64,000 nt of DNA from Mytilus trossulus. Lineage: Eukaryota. Where the stretch lies: NCBI RefSeq assembly GCF_036588685.1, contig NC_086373.1, positions 42,346,001 to 42,410,000 of the forward strand, written 5' to 3'. Below, in pieces: positions 13,201-27,263 of this stretch; position 1 is the first letter of the stretch; each line of letters starts with the position of its first letter. Below the pieces are notes generated by a model that had not been told where the DNA came from, ran no database searches, and worked only from the letters and a program-made list of their open reading frames with translations. Position numbers and translations under genes: made by a program.

Positions 13201-14987
13201 CTTAAATGTTTTTAAGATTGTTTACTTTTAATTAAAACATGCTGTAGATAGTGTATTCATGTTTGTATTGTACATGTAGAGAGGTGAGACTATAATGAAA
13301 TATTTGATTTGATTTGATTCATCTTAAACTAAGATATTTATATACCGTATGTTACGCAACTTCTCCTCATTGTAATGCTCTAGATGTTTTAAGAAATTTT
13401 TGTAAATATAATCTTTGAAGATGGATTACCATGTAAGCCATTCTTTAAAAAAAAATATATTCTAAGTTGAAATACAAAAGATACTATCACACAAAAAAAT
13501 GTGTTTCATTTTATATTTGAATTGAAGAATATTTATTTCCTACCTTTCTGTACAAAATATTGGTCCCAAGCTAACTGTAAATCTTCTATACTAAATCTCA
13601 TTAACAGAAACTCTCTGGTTTCTCTTTGTTGTTCTTCAGTGAGGGATCTAAAATCTGAAAAAAAGAAATAGATTAAATGTATAAACTTATTTCTAATTGA
13701 GATCTTTTAAAATCAATTACAGCTGCCGGTAAAACTAGTCCCTTCAGTACCATACAACTTTTATTATTTTGAGCTACAAATGTATGTACTTAAAGATATT
13801 CAAAGCGTATATATACATGATATATGCACATGTTTAATCAACATAATAATACAGATCTGGAGCAGTCATGAAATATGTCAACATTCTAATATCAACTCAG
13901 TATCTTAACAAATGGGCTTTTAATTGGTATACATGAATGCAACATTAATTGTATTATTTTATTAACTGTATGTAAATTATGGCACAAATGTTTAAAAGAA
14001 GTCCATGAAACAATTTTAAATTAATATTCACACTGAAATACAATAATACATATGCTAACATTTTTACTCAATATTTAAAGGTATGCAGGTGTAGATCCAG
14101 GATTTGATGTTTGGGTGGTGCTCCTGATAATTCAGAATCATAAAACTGTATTTTAGTGTGATAATTTGGTGTTACATGTAATTGCAGATGTACATGTGTA
14201 TGTAGACACATGGCAATTAATAACTTGAGATACATTGTATCAAAAAACACCGGTCTATTTTTTTTAAGAAAGTGCTTTTGACCTCTATTTGGGTCTTATG
14301 GTTTAAATGATGTTTAGTTGTTGCCTCTTTGACGTATACTTCACCATGATCACATCTCCTCTTCTTTTTCTTTATTGGTTGTAATGTTATACCTACATTT
14401 TGTATATATCTATGAAATTACCTGATAGTTTTCCCCAAATATCACTATCTACAGGAACTGTACCACCTGTGTTCTGCTGGTGAACTACACCATCCAAGTT
14501 TGGATGAGGAAAGGTTTCAATCATATGCTTCACTTCTTCTATATGGCTTGCATCCTTAGGTGGTCTGCCTGTTTTCAATGAAATAAAATATAAATTCACT
14601 TAATATCTAAGGAAATTACGATTTTAATCAAATTATTGTAGCTTTTATTCATTGAAAGTTCTATTAAATTGAAATGAAAATGTTTAACTGGCAAATATAC
14701 GTTACTGGTACACAGTTTTATAGATTTGTAAACTCCAAATATTAATTAAGTGAAAATAATCACTCTTTGTTGGGAAATTTTGAAGTGAATGCTGTTAAAC
14801 AAGTTATTAATTATAAAACACAGTCAGTGATGGATTGATAAATTTATGTCATTTTAGCATGATGAAGGAACAACCTTTTTATTTTTTTATTTTGAGAATG
14901 AATGAAACATCTGAAATTATGTGATTTACAATTAAGTTTTATAGGAAAAATAAAAATTTCATAACTACATTTACCTGTGAAAGTCAT
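10261..14987 (-). CDS. Spliced orphan coiled-coil protein, paralogue A (~440 aa)
   Basis: GT-AG, phase-compatible exons 14987-14975 (ATG inside exon 15046-14975), 14568-14422, 13654-13544, 13040-12957, 12279-11355 and 10303-10261 (TAG). All are conserved in paralogue B. The C-terminal two-thirds is a heptad coiled coil with INEQSAT repeats. The true start may be further upstream. Confidence 0.8.
11625..11875. repeat. Coding 21-bp minisatellite (INEQSAT / LNVKNEE heptads)
   Basis: Repeated TTCATTAATTGTAGCACTCTG units inside the large exon. Confidence 0.9.
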
Positions 14988-15114
14988 AATTGTCTCCCTT
15001 GTCTGTAATATTTTTCTTGTGTTTAAGTCTTCTGTCACTTGTGCAACTACAAATACAGAAAATAAAAGGCATATCAAAAATATTGGTCTGTTATTTTGTA
15101 AACATTTAATTTTC

Positions 15115-15260
15115 ACCTCTTTTTTCTCTAATCTTCAAAAAATTAACCCTTTTTTCTCTAATCTTCAAAAAATTAACCCCTTTTTCTCTAATCTTCATTT
15201 TTTTTGCCCATTATTCTCTAATCTTCATTTTTTGAGGGCATTATTCTTTAATCATTTAAC
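15115..15260. repeat. Short tandem repeat, ~30-bp unit (TTTTTCTCTAATCTTCA...)
   Basis: About 5 degenerate units, visible directly. Confidence 0.75.
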
Positions 15261-15323
15261 CCCATCCAAACCCTCAACCATGATGACCTGTTTTACAAAT
15301 TAAATACTGTTTACTCATAGCTA

Positions 15324-18017
15324 CAGTACAATTTTCGCGAAAGCCATCCCAAACTCCATACACCGAGTTTTTTCCTGGTGTAACGCCAGGAAACTCCGAC
15401 ATCACTCCTTAAATTCTTGGAGAAATTTGGGAGTATTCCCTCCGACTTTCGCGTAAATCCGTTACCTTTTGTTTATTGTATTAGCGACATCTCTCCCAGT
15501 CTGGAGTGACGCGGTGTCACACCAGGTAATTAATTGCCCTTATCCTTCTGATCTATGCCGGCAGGCAACAGTCAAGGTATGCGAGATTTCTTATGTAATT
15601 AAACAATTGTATTTCCTGTCTATTGATTATCAGTTAATATCTGATTGCTTGAAACAATTGAAAGATTAAAATCAAAATCAAAACGTTGTTGTTAATTCTT
15701 TTAATTACACTGTACATTTAAATCAAGTTTTAAAAACAACTATATTTGATTTTGACTTCCGTTTTTTTTATCAGTAAATAAATATTTAATTTACTAAAAG
15801 ATATATAATTGTGTAAAAATAAACGGAGACTAACGCTGAATAAATTAGGGCAAACAAAATTTACAAGTCTCAAAGTTGTTTATACAAGTAAAAAGGAAAG
15901 TATTATTCACTATCTGTTATGCTAATAAGTGTACGCAATTTCCATTTTACGATTACAAATAAAAGTTTAAAAAAGCAAAAGGTTGTTGTCAATGCTTTCA
16001 ATTGCATCAAAGTTTTATAAAAAAAAATCTATACTTGATTATGACCTCGGTTTTTTTTTTATCGGCAATTTATATAACTTAAGTTACGAAAAGAGACATA
16101 CTTGCGTGAAAATAAACGGAAATTAACTCTGATAGTATAAAATGTGAGAAAGAAAGAAATAACGTGTCTTAAAACTTGTATATGCAATATGCAAGAAAAA
16201 AAGAAAATACAATTCACCATTCCTTATGCTTAATAAGTCTACGACATTTTCTCTTCACGGTTTGTTACAATGTAGCATTACTTGAGGATAAATAATACAT
16301 TTCGGCTACAACAGGAATACTTCTATGACTGCATCAAATTGTCGTTGCAAAATATTCATTTACGCACAATGAATGTAAACTTTTGTGTTGTATTTAGAAC
16401 AGTGATCTTTAAATATTTTTAAAGCAATTAATTGCCGTGGGAAGAGGACACGCATCTCAGTGATCAACAGTGCGTAATTGAACTTGAACTTGACTTCGCT
16501 CACAATATTGAATGCTAAAAATAGTGACATCAATTTTGTTCACCAGATTTTTATTTGGCGGGAAATAGTATCATGTAACAGTAAACTCAGGTGACCTTTC
16601 TGGATAACCGTGGGAAAATTCATTCAAGGTTTGAACTTGCTTTGTAATGATTGACATAAATGTGTGTGCGTTAACTGGTTAAGATTGAGGCTCTAGAAGG
16701 TCCTTTTAAAATTGATTAACCGGATTCTAAGTTATATTCCTTTTCTGAATAAACCAACATCAGTCTTTTATTTTTACGTTTCTCAGTCAACAGATGACAT
16801 AAAAACGGACATTATTTATACGTCCATAGTCAACACTATATTATATTAATGGTAGATGAAAACAGGATGCATGTCGTTCAGTTCCTGATGGGCGTTGGTA
16901 GACATCCTCTGTGAAAATTTGTCGATCGTGAAAATTTGTCGATCGTAAAAATCCGATCCACCTTTTTTTTTTAACATATTTCTTTCTTGTAGAACACTAT
17001 ATAATTTCATTTTAATATTCTATTTTATAAATTGTTGAAATACTTCTTTTTATATTTCGCCGAGGACTTTTAACAAGCAGTAAAATACGGACGGATTGCG
17101 CTAATCCAAGTTTATTTTGAATAATTAAAGATCAATAACAGATCATAACGGATAAAAAACACATTATTTTTTTCTCCATATAGAAAATATAATTGTGATT
17201 ATTGTGTTGTGTCTGGGCGGCGAATGTATCTCGGTATTTATGAATATAGGGCTGCCACATTGCATACGGAACTATTTGTCACTTTACAGTTTCTTTTTTA
17301 AATTCAAATATTTTAAGTCGGTAATCTACCGAGGCTAGTGAAACATAATATTTTACATTTTAAAATAAATTGAAAGTAACAGAGTTCACTTGTTGATCTG
17401 ATGTAAATTAACTCTTGGGTTTAATTTAGATTGAACATATAACCGTAAAAGACATCATTTTGTTTTAAGCCAGTTGATATTAATTATATAATATTGAACT
17501 ATTAATGAACCGAATATTGCTCACTGAGTAGGCCATAAAAGGTTCTAATTGTGGTAAAATAATCTTTGTTGAAAAAACAAAAAAATATGACCGGATCGGA
17601 CTATAATAAATACAAAATAAGTGTTTTATTCGTATTTTTATACGTTGTACGTTGTATGTCATATGAAAATGACATGGGCATATACATACAAACATAATTA
17701 TCATATTTTAAATAAAAATGTCACACTTTTATCTAACAATGAAAGGACATTTAAATACCGTATTTTAAAGCACACAGGTGCAATCAAGATCGATTAAATG
17801 TACAAAGGTAATAAATCTGGCTAATCCGATGATGTTGTCACGCGTCATTAATTTTCAATACATACGATGTGGGCAATAAACCAATTAACAGCCACGCGGT
17901 GTTGGGAGAGAATCTTTGGAGGAAATTGGGAGTATAATCCGTGATTCGCAGTGTCAATCCGCTACACACGGAAATCGGTGATTAGAGTTCGCGATTACAT
18001 ACTCTCTGTGCGTACTG
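15324..18017. mobile_element. Non-autonomous TIR DNA transposon (TA TSD, Tc1/mariner-like ends)
   Basis: TA|CAGTAC...GTACTG|TA ends with imperfect subterminal inverted similarity. The matching position in copy B (~40945) is an empty site. Confidence 0.7.
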
Positions 18018-19315
18018 TATTGATCATGAAGTTCATTTACTTCCATTGAAAATTGGGCAACAGGTTTTAACAATAACACCCAAGCTTGTCTTGATATTGT
18101 TAACGGTACCCTCAAATAAGCATGCTATTTTAGGTAAAATCAGTAACAATATTGTATATATATATGAATTTGTGTTCTAAATTCAGATGTAATATTGCAA
18201 ATCAGTGTCATAAACGTATTATGCTTCAACATGTTCAAGAGATCAGCAACATGTTGATGGTCCATTAATCTATTGAAATGTCAATCATACAGCTCTCTCA
18301 TTAATATTCAAACTACTTTAACAAGTTCATGTACATGTACATGTACAAACATTTTCTTTCTCATGTAATTTTTCTCATTTTTGGATTTTTAATTATGATC
18401 TTGTTTAATCTTCTTCAATATATGTCATATATACGAGTTGGTTACCTAAATGAACTTCTAAAATCTGGGGGACTACCCTTTGGTTACATTACAAATCTTT
18501 TTCCCTAAACATGTATATTCCATATTTAAAATACAATAGATTGATACAGTTAATGCATGTGTTTAACTGCTTTTAATATGTATACAGACTAATATTTTTA
18601 AATCAAAGTTTGCTACTTTTTTATAACATTTATCCAAGAAAATGTTATCTTAGAAATGGAATGTGTATATTTAGTGTATATATATATATGAGCATACATG
18701 TACAATGTAGCATGCTGTTGTGAACTTCATGTATAATGTAGCTTTAATTTTTCCAACAAGAAAATATTTCTGTGTTCATGATGTTTGTCCACTTTGTTTC
18801 AACGTTCTACAACCAAATTTCTACTTAGAAGTTTGCATAGCTGTGGCCTAAACTGTTAACCTCAATCTTACAATTGATTTAGCGTACATGACAAATGAAT
18901 ACAGCAATAATAAATATAGCCCAAAACATTTTGTAAACAATGTGGAAAAACTCCGGGAAAACTTTGGACGATATTTTTGACAGAAAATCAGTAACTGGCA
19001 ATACTGAGTATGTTTGCATCATTTCATCCATGTAATAAACAAAGTAGCCAATGTGTTTTTAAGACTGTCAATACTATATCTACAGAGATATTAAAGGAAA
19101 ATGTATTTTTACCGAAGGGGGTATCCATTTTGATAAACAAATGAAACGGAAGTGCTTTTTTTAAAATTCAACCAATAACCAAATTACAACCAATAACCAT
19201 TTTAACAACGGACGCAAATGAAAATTCATTGTTCTAAAACAGGTTAAAAAGTTGCCATTTTCAAATTAAAAAAAATCCGAAGTATTTTATCCATCACGGT
19301 TTTCTACCCATTTCA

Positions 19316-19402
19316 CACAGACACTTGTTTCTATCCATAGGAAGGTCGACTTCTATTTATATGGATAGTCGACCTTCCTATGGATAGAAACAAGTGCCTG
19401 TG
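19316..19402. mobile_element. 87-bp fold-back MITE with 8-bp TSD (hAT-like)
   Basis: Near-perfect palindrome CACAGACACTTGTTTCTATCCATAGGAAGGTCGAC...GTCGACCTTCCTATGGATAGAAACAAGTGCCTGTG, flanked by direct CCATTTCA at 19308-19315 and 19403-19410. Confidence 0.85.
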
Positions 19403-20984
19403 CCATTTCAGTATTCAAATCAACTTACTTCGAGACTTAATTACATTGAAAAAGACGAAAATAATAGAAGATAAAAACATACTTGATTTTGGAAAAAAAG
19501 GAAAGGACAAAAGAAATTATCTTGTCATGAAAAGCTTGTGGACATATCTGAAGGCCGTACTTTAACCTATAATGGTTTAATTTTTAAATTGTTATTTGGA
19601 TGGAGAGTTGTCTCATTGGCACTCACACCACATCTTCCTATATCTATATGGTGCTTAAATCCCTTAAGAAACGGAGCGTCAAAGTGGCCAGTGGTATTTG
19701 ATATTCTTCTTTTTTTTTTCTTTATCATTTTCATTGAGGTGCAGTCAATACGGATTAAAATGAACTTTAAATTGATTTTAACTTGAAATTTGGGCAAAAC
19801 TAAAGTCAATATTAATGTTGTTATCTAATTACTGCGATTACTGTTCAGTAGATATTATATATCCTTTTATTTGATTCGCATGTTTGAGTCAGACTTGATG
19901 CAAATCATGACAAAACGTAAAAAAAAACACCCAAAAATCAGAAAGAGATATTTCTCACGTTTTTTTTTTTGTAAAATCATACGTGAAGTATTGCGGATCG
20001 TGAATAGAAAGCAGTAGACACTTTTCTTGCTACTATACAAATGAAATACAAACATAAAAACATTTAGTTCTTGTTATTAATCTAATATCCTTTATGAATC
20101 CACATCAGTCGGATTAAACAGGAAGACGGAACGTCGGCAATTAGCGTTTTTCGTTCGACTTTTTCCGACGGTTGGACAAATTGGCTACCGTTTTGTAATG
20201 TGTTAAAGCATTTTATTATTCTAAGACCCAAAAAGTAGTTATTAAGAAAAGAGTCTTGGCATTTTCAAGGTAGACTTCGTGTATCTAACTTTTGTCTTGA
20301 TCAATTATAAGTAACTTATTGGAATATCAATTTAAAAATACGCGTTAACTGCTTTGAAAAATGAAATATCAACTTGGACAAAATGGCTACCGCTTGAAAA
20401 TCGACTGTGTAGCGAAGATTTTTATAGAATCTGCTATATTTGAACTCACAAACAATGAGGCTAATATTTGTACTTTTGGTAGATGTTACTATTGTCTCAC
20501 TCTTTTTATTCATTTTCTGCTATATCTACTTATAAAATTCACTTTCAGGCGATGAGTTAACGTAAAACGTCGTTGGACATTTTTCTTATTCCAGCTAAAT
20601 ATGCAGCAACCGAGTCAAATGAAATTTGGCAAAAAAACGGCTTTAACGCCACAAAGAACTGATAAGTTTCAGAAAGATCAGAGAATAAGATATATGATTA
20701 CTTTACATAAGAGTTAAAACAGTTTTTCATAAATGTAACGTTGGACAACCGTTATTTTCACATAGCTTAAGTTTTGTTATTTTAATCCTCAAATATACTA
20801 GATATTACTTAGTATATGATCAAGAGCTATAAAACATAATTTAAAGCATATATTGAATTTGCTTTAATATTGGTTCGTGTTTGGTAACATTTTTATTTTG
20901 TTTTGCGGAGGAAATTTCGAAGATTCTGTTTTAAATCCTAGGGGTTGTAGGAACATCGTGCGTAACTTTTATGTTCTATTTCTA

Positions 20985-21150
20985 TTGGATGATTGGCCGG
21001 GTTATCGGACACATTTTTAAAACTAGATACCCCAATAATGATTTTGGCCAAGTTTGGTTAACTTTGGCCCAGTAGTTTCAGGGGAGAAGATTTTTGTAAA
21101 AGTTAACGACGACGGACGACGACGACGACAGACGACGGACGCCAAGGTGA
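20985..21150 (-). mobile_element. HINE fragment
   Basis: Matches 26125-26285 (GGACACATTTTTAAAACTAGATACCCCAAT, GACGACG microsatellite). Confidence 0.65.
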
Positions 21151-21489
21151 GTTAATGGCACAGACAGACTGCTCTAGACTTTAATCATATAAAAAAAATG
21201 CTTTTGCTTAATATCTTGTCACTTTCAGAAGTTTGCCCCAGTTAAGTCCACAGCTACACCACTTATCCATATCTTGAGCGAGAAGACACTTGTACAATGA
21301 AAACCAAACAAGACAATAAGTGTTTTTGTTTAACATGTTACTAGTCAGAAACTGAATTACCACTGTCATACGTCTCTGTACAAGTAAGAAGATGTTGTAT
21401 GATTGCCAGTGAGACAACTCTCAAGACTCCACCAGAGACTAAATGAAGTAAAAAAAAAAGTAGAAATTTGGTATACTTGTAATTGAATA

Positions 21490-24400
21490 CACTGTAAATA
21501 AAAGTGTTAAGAATCTGAACACTTTTTGAACGCCCTTTTGTAACACTTCTGGAACACGTAACGGTGTTCTCAATATTAACATTGGTGTTCCAGTTTTTAA
21601 CATTATGTGTGCATCTTTCGAACGCTATGTGTGTTATTTTTGAACGGATAGTGTGTACTCCTTGAACACCTAGTGTTTGAATCCGGAACGCGTAACAGTG
21701 TTCTAGATATTAACTTTCGTGTTCCAGTTTTTAACATCATGTGTGCATCTTTCGAACGCTATGTGTTATTCTTGAACGGATAGCGTGTACTTCTTGAACG
21801 CCTAGTGTTTGAATCTGGAACATGTCCTTGTGAGCAAAATTGTATGCCGTTACGCGTTCTAAGCCTTGTAACACTTCTGGAACGCTCGGACTGTGTTCCA
21901 GAAATATGTGTTAATATCCAGAACACATAGTGTATATTACTGGAACACAATTTTACATGTTCCAGAAAAAGTGTTATATTCTCTGAAACATTATTGTGGT
22001 CTTGTAAAACAAATATTTTAATTGATTAAAAACGTATTTAATTGATTAAAAAAGGCAACATTTAAAAAAAAAAAGTACAATAAAATGTGAAATATTGAAG
22101 CAACTTTAAAATGACAAGTTAGACAAGTTAGAAATATAACATTTGTAATTTGCAAAATGTGTCCAAATATTTACTCATAAACAAAATGTTCGTCATATAT
22201 TTAAAATTATTATGTTACAACAAAGTCAAGTGTCTTATGTTTAACTCATCGTTTGCAACTTCCTAAGTCAAGAACTGTTCTGAATTTCTTTACAAAATAC
22301 TGATGCCACTGACTCTTTTATCACCAAAATGTTCCATAATCCACTGGCTGCATAGCACTCAGATAGTCAATATCAAACATAAAATACCCTGTGTATATGA
22401 TGCTAGTAGTCGAGTCGGTGTTCATGTAACACTGCTTCCTTGGACACTTTTAAACATGATTTGAGTCATTTACAACTGATTTTGAGCTTCCATTTTTAGA
22501 GGATTCGTCTCCTTGGGTTATAATTATTCTTTAACCTTGTTATCCATCAACCGTAAGTTCTAAAATGTGAAATATGAAGTGTATGAGTAAACAAATTATT
22601 CATCATGTCGACATTCCTTAAGAATATTAGAAAATCTTATTTCGTTTTTGTAATTCCATTATACTTGTCAGCATTATAAGATAAGATGCATTTGCCAATG
22701 AGTGGTAATTGAGTGGTCAAATGTGCTCTCGTGTTCTATATCTTTTTAAAAAAAATGATAGAAAGTGTCCAGCAAGTGCTATTATGTTTTTTAGGCAAAA
22801 CTTTATCGTAAACTTAGACTTGTCACTAAATTAACTGCTAACATTTCAAGAAACTAATTACCATTTGCCTTTATTTTGAAAGATATTTAGTAATTTTTTC
22901 ACTTATGATCTGTATACGGATAATTGACGGATGATGTAATTGCATCAAATTTAGCTCAAATAGCTTTCTGATTAATGTAAACAAGTGAATGGTGCACATT
23001 TTATTGATAAATCTGCAATAACAACACTTGTAAGAAGTCAATGGACATGCACTCCTATTCAAAATTCTTAAACTTACATATAGTACTTTTATGGTGCAGG
23101 ATAAGTAGTCATCTCTGGAACTGCAACATGTTCTCTTTATTCTCGAGGTATGCACGAACAATTACCCTTAAGTACAGTATAGTTGGGTTTGTACCCTATA
23201 AAAGTAACATAGGAATACATTACAATACATGAATGCAGTGCACAAGGGTGGACATTTGCTAAAATGAATTACTAATTACAAAGCTATTATAAATAACATA
23301 TACATGAGAAATTTAAAATTAGTGTTGCAGTATGCCTTTTTTTACAAACTTCTGTCTTGACATTGCAATGTCATGACAGTTTTTGCATTTGTGAACAAAT
23401 CTTTATGCATTGGTTTTATTTAATTACAAAATGTACATCCTCAAAAGTGTAGATGATCGTTTGATCTTCTTAATGCTTTCTATATATATACACAATGTTT
23501 GAGTCGTGTTAGGAATACATGGCGTTCGGAGAAAACGATTAGCTTGAACGCATCATGTTCGAGACCAGAACACATTTACAATAGCAACGATATCATCATT
23601 TACATATAAATTTACAGAGGTTAATTTTTTTTTTAAACATGATAATTTGAATGTAATCTCTCAAAGAACCGCTACTTTTTTAATCGAATTATGACAGCAC
23701 AGTTAAGTGGAAGTGGAGGGGGCAGTTTTATGTTCGAACAAAACGTTCTTCCACTTATACTTCAGTGTGTCCTGTCCAAGTAGACATTTGTTGATTTCAT
23801 GTTTCATGACAAAAAAAATTATTTTTTATGTTCGTCATGTGTAGATAAATATAGATAAACATACCTATTATATCAAGTTTTGTTGTTAATTTTCTTCAGT
23901 GAAGCTTCTTCAATCACGATCAAAAACCAAACTTCCGGTACATTAATACGTCACGCGCTGTTATGTACGCGGATATGTTTGGAACACATGGCGTTCAGGG
24001 AAAATGGTTAATTTGAACGCATCATGTTCGACACCAGAACGCTTTTACAAGAGCAACGTTTTCATGAGCATTTACGCATTTACATTGTTAAAAAAAAATA
24101 CCTTAAGAACTTAAGTCGTTTAGAAAAAGATTCATATTAAAAATCAATCATTTGCACGCTTATAAATACGCTCTTGTAAAATGTTTCATTTTTTTTTACC
24201 AAACTATAATTTGCTTATATGCCGATACAGCTAAAATACATTTATCGTCAAATCATAGTACGAATCACCCTTATTCATCGTCTGTTTGACTCTGAAATGA
24301 TGAATTTTTTTTTCACTCTCCTTTACAATATAAGAACATTTTTAGTGTTCAATTTAGAACACTTGTCTTGAACATGTGCGTTCAAAGACTGAACACAATG

Positions 24401-24516
24401 TGTTATATTCTTTAACGCAGACGTTCAATGTGGAACACTAATGTTAATAACTGAACATATTGTGTTTAAAATTGGAACGCGTCCAGACGCGTCAGGCGTC
24501 TGCAATATTTGCAGTG
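21490..24516. mobile_element. Non-autonomous TIR transposon with CACTG ends (CACTA/EnSpm-like) and GAACAC/GTGTTC subterminal repeats
   Basis: TA|CACTGTAAATA...TATTTGCAGTG|TA ends. Dense GAACRC motifs at both ends, plus a ~130-bp tandem duplication at ~21540-21830. Confidence 0.6.
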
Positions 24517-24599
24517 TATGTAGACACCTCTCTCACAAGCAAAATATTACTTTGAAATATAAGGGCAGTTTATTTCTACCATTTCTCGCCCCAAGTTGT

Positions 24600-25370
24600 C
24601 ATCAAAGAAAACAAAGCACTAGGCTTCATACGTAGAAATGTTGGATCCTGTCCAGAGGAAGTCAAGAAACAAGCATATCTTGCACTTGTCCGACCTCACC
24701 TTGAATACTCTTGCAGCGCATGGGACCCTCACCTACAAAAACATATATACCAGATTGAGATGGTCCAGCGCCGTGCAGCACGCTTTATCAAAAGCAACTA
24801 CTCAAGAGAGCCTGGAACAGTAAAACTCTTCTAGAAAAATTAAAACTAACACCACTAGAAACTAAAAGAAAAATAGCACGTATAACGCTCTTTTATAAAG
24901 CCATCCATGAAAGAGTTGCTATACCTAGGCTATTCCAACGCACGTTATAAAACCAAGAAGAACTTCGAGACTCCATCAACCGAACACTAAAAGATATGTA
25001 CAAATCAGGCCAAACAAAGATATCTACAAATACAGCTTTTTCCTTAGGACCAATAGAGACTGGAATAAACTACCAGATGAACTATTAGAGATTGAGAAAT
25101 AGATGTAGAGCAGTAAGGAATTCAAGACCAAACTCACCAAGCTCCTCTGTAGTGGCTAAGCAACACAAACAATAGATAATAGTAGAAAATGTTTTTAACC
25201 TGCACCTATATATAAATTTTTAGCACAATTTTGGAACTATTGGTTGTAAATATAGAAAGTTTATTGTCATGTTGGAAGACGTCAAAAGTTTTAAACTTTA
25301 CTTGAGTGATGGGTCGAAGTACCCTTTTCGAGTGACGACATAGCGTAGATGTAGATGTAGATGTAGATAT
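24600..25370 (+). mobile_element. 5'-truncated LINE (CR1/L2-group) RT C-terminus and 3' tail
   Basis: Frame from 24601 reads NKALGFIRRN..KQAYLALVRPHLEYSCSAWDPH..IEMVQRRAARF, and later YKYSFF..DWNKLP after frameshifts. Ends in a (GTAGAT)n tail at ~25346-25369. Confidence 0.8.
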
Positions 25371-25536
25371 AAAGTTTACTGGCCACTGAGTATACTCCAT
25401 ATTAGGGTACTGACGGCTTATAAAAATATATTATCTACACATGCATATATTCAGATGAAAGGGACATAACATAACTCTAACTTTTCATTTAATAGTGAAG
25501 CAAGGGAAAACAAATCCAAAACACAAAATTAGATGT

Positions 25537-26328
25537 AACTAGAGGCTCTAAAGAGCCTGTGTCGCTCACCTTGGTCTATGTGAATATTGAACAAAGGAAG
25601 CAGATGGATTCATGACAAAATTGTGTTTTGGTGATGGTGATGTGTTTGTACATTTTACTTTACTGAACATTCTTGCTGCTTACAATTATCTCTATCTATA
25701 ATGAACTTGGCACAGTAGTTTAAGTGGAAAATGTTAGTAAAAATTTACAAATTTTATGAAAATTGTTAAAAATTGACTATAAAGGAAAATAACTCCTTAG
25801 GGGGTCAATTGACCATTTCGGTCATGTTGAATTATTTGTAAATCTTACTTTGCTGAACATTATTGCTGTTTACAGTTTATCTCTATCTATAATAATATTC
25901 AAGATAATAAACAAAAACAGCAAAATTTCCTTAAAATTACCAATTCAGGGGCAGCAACCCAACAACGGGTTGTCTGATTCATGTAGAAAATGTCAGGGCA
26001 GATAGAACTTGACCTGATAAAACCATGTCAGATTTGTTCTAATTGCTTTGGTTTTTGAGTTATAAGCCAAAAACTGCATTTTACCCCTATTTTCTATTTT
26101 AAGCCATGGTGGCCATCTTGGTTAGTTGGCCGGGTCACTGGACACATTTTTTAAACTAGATACCCCAATGATGATTGTGGCTAAGTTTGATTTAATTTGG
26201 CCTAGTAGTTTCAGAGGAGAAGATTTTTGTAAAAGTTAAGGACGACAGACAACAGACGCCGGATGCTGGACGCCGGACGCAAAGTGATGGGAAAAGCTCA
26301 CTTGGCCCTTCGGGTCAGGTGAGCTAAA
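25537..26328 (-). mobile_element. HINE-like non-autonomous Helentron, complete copy
   Basis: AACTAGAGGCTCTAAAGAGCCT..GCTCACC at one end and AAAAGCTCACTTGGCCCTTCGGGTCAGGTGAGCTAAAAA at the other; internal ~150-160 bp diverged repeats. Confidence 0.8.
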
Positions 26329-26464
26329 AATGTAACTGATTTACAGATATGTTTGAAAAACATACATTGGCACTCATGCCACATCTTCTTATAGCTATGT
26401 AATAACTGTGCCACTGGACGTTTAAGCAGTCACAAAGAGATTACTTAATTAGAGATTAAGATTA

Positions 26465-27263
26465 AGAGATGTAACTGGATGCTTCATACTTTGTATATGG
26501 ATGCTTCATGTTACAAAGTTTCAGTCGGTCACATGTCAAATTGTCCGGCTTGACCTCATTTAAATGGTTCAGCGACTACTTGAAAAAAAAGTTTAAAATT
26601 TTTTGTAATGCTAAATTCTCTCTGATTATCAGTAAAAGGATAACTATATTTGGTATGTGTGTACCTTTCAAGGTCCTCATGCCCGTCAGACAGTTTTCTC
26701 ATTTCATGAATCAGTGGTGGTCAAGTCCATATCTCAGATACTATAAGCAATAGGTCTAGTATATTCGGTGTAAGGAAGGACTGTAAGGTGTACATGTCCA
26801 ACTGGCAGGTGTCATCTGACTTTGACCTCATTTTTATGGTTCAGTGGTCAAAGTTAAGTTTTTAAGTTTTGGTCTTTTTTCTAATAATATATGCAATAGG
26901 TCAACTATATTTGGTGTATGGAAATATTTTATGATCTATATGTCAGTCGCACAGGTTTTATTTGGCCTTGACCTTATTTTCATGGTTCAGTGTTAAGTTT
27001 TTGTGTTTTGGTCTGTTTTTCTTAAACTATAAGCAAAGGGTCAACTATATTGGTTTTATGAAAGAATTGTTAGCTGTACATGTCTGCCTGGCATGGTTCA
27101 CCTGACCTTGACCTCATTTTCATGGTTCATTGGTCAATGTTTAGTTTTCTTGGTTAATGTAAAGTTTATGTGACAGTTGTAATAAAGCTTTATATTTAGG
27201 ACTATCAACATAATATCAATGATAAGTAAAGAAGGCAAGACATTTCAGCGTGTGCACTCTAGT
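26465..27263 (+). mobile_element. Second HINE-like family, 5'-truncated, with internal diverged tandem repeats
   Basis: Repeated TGACCTTGACCTCATTTTCATGGTTCA units; ends GTGTGCACTCTAGTT. Confidence 0.55.

Larger units (their letters stand above)
6640..19290. repeat. Segmental duplication copy A (paralogous to ~30455-42190)
   Basis: Collinear similarity in exons, introns and flanks, e.g. 6660 AGAGCATGTCCA vs 30472, and 19110 GGGGGTATCCATTTTGATAAACAAAT vs 42015. Confidence 0.85.

Noticed and set aside
18750-19080. Signal-peptide-like frame (MFWAIFIIAVFICHV; MYFAMFIFAVCFCNVHS at ~41780-41825) upstream of the coiled-coil genes
   Set aside because: In-frame stops follow in both copies and there is no consistent splice link to the downstream exons.
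20100-20780. Recurrent TTGGACAA..GGCTACCG motifs as a regulatory array
   Set aside because: Probably subterminal repeats of a decayed DNA transposon; the ends could not be defined.
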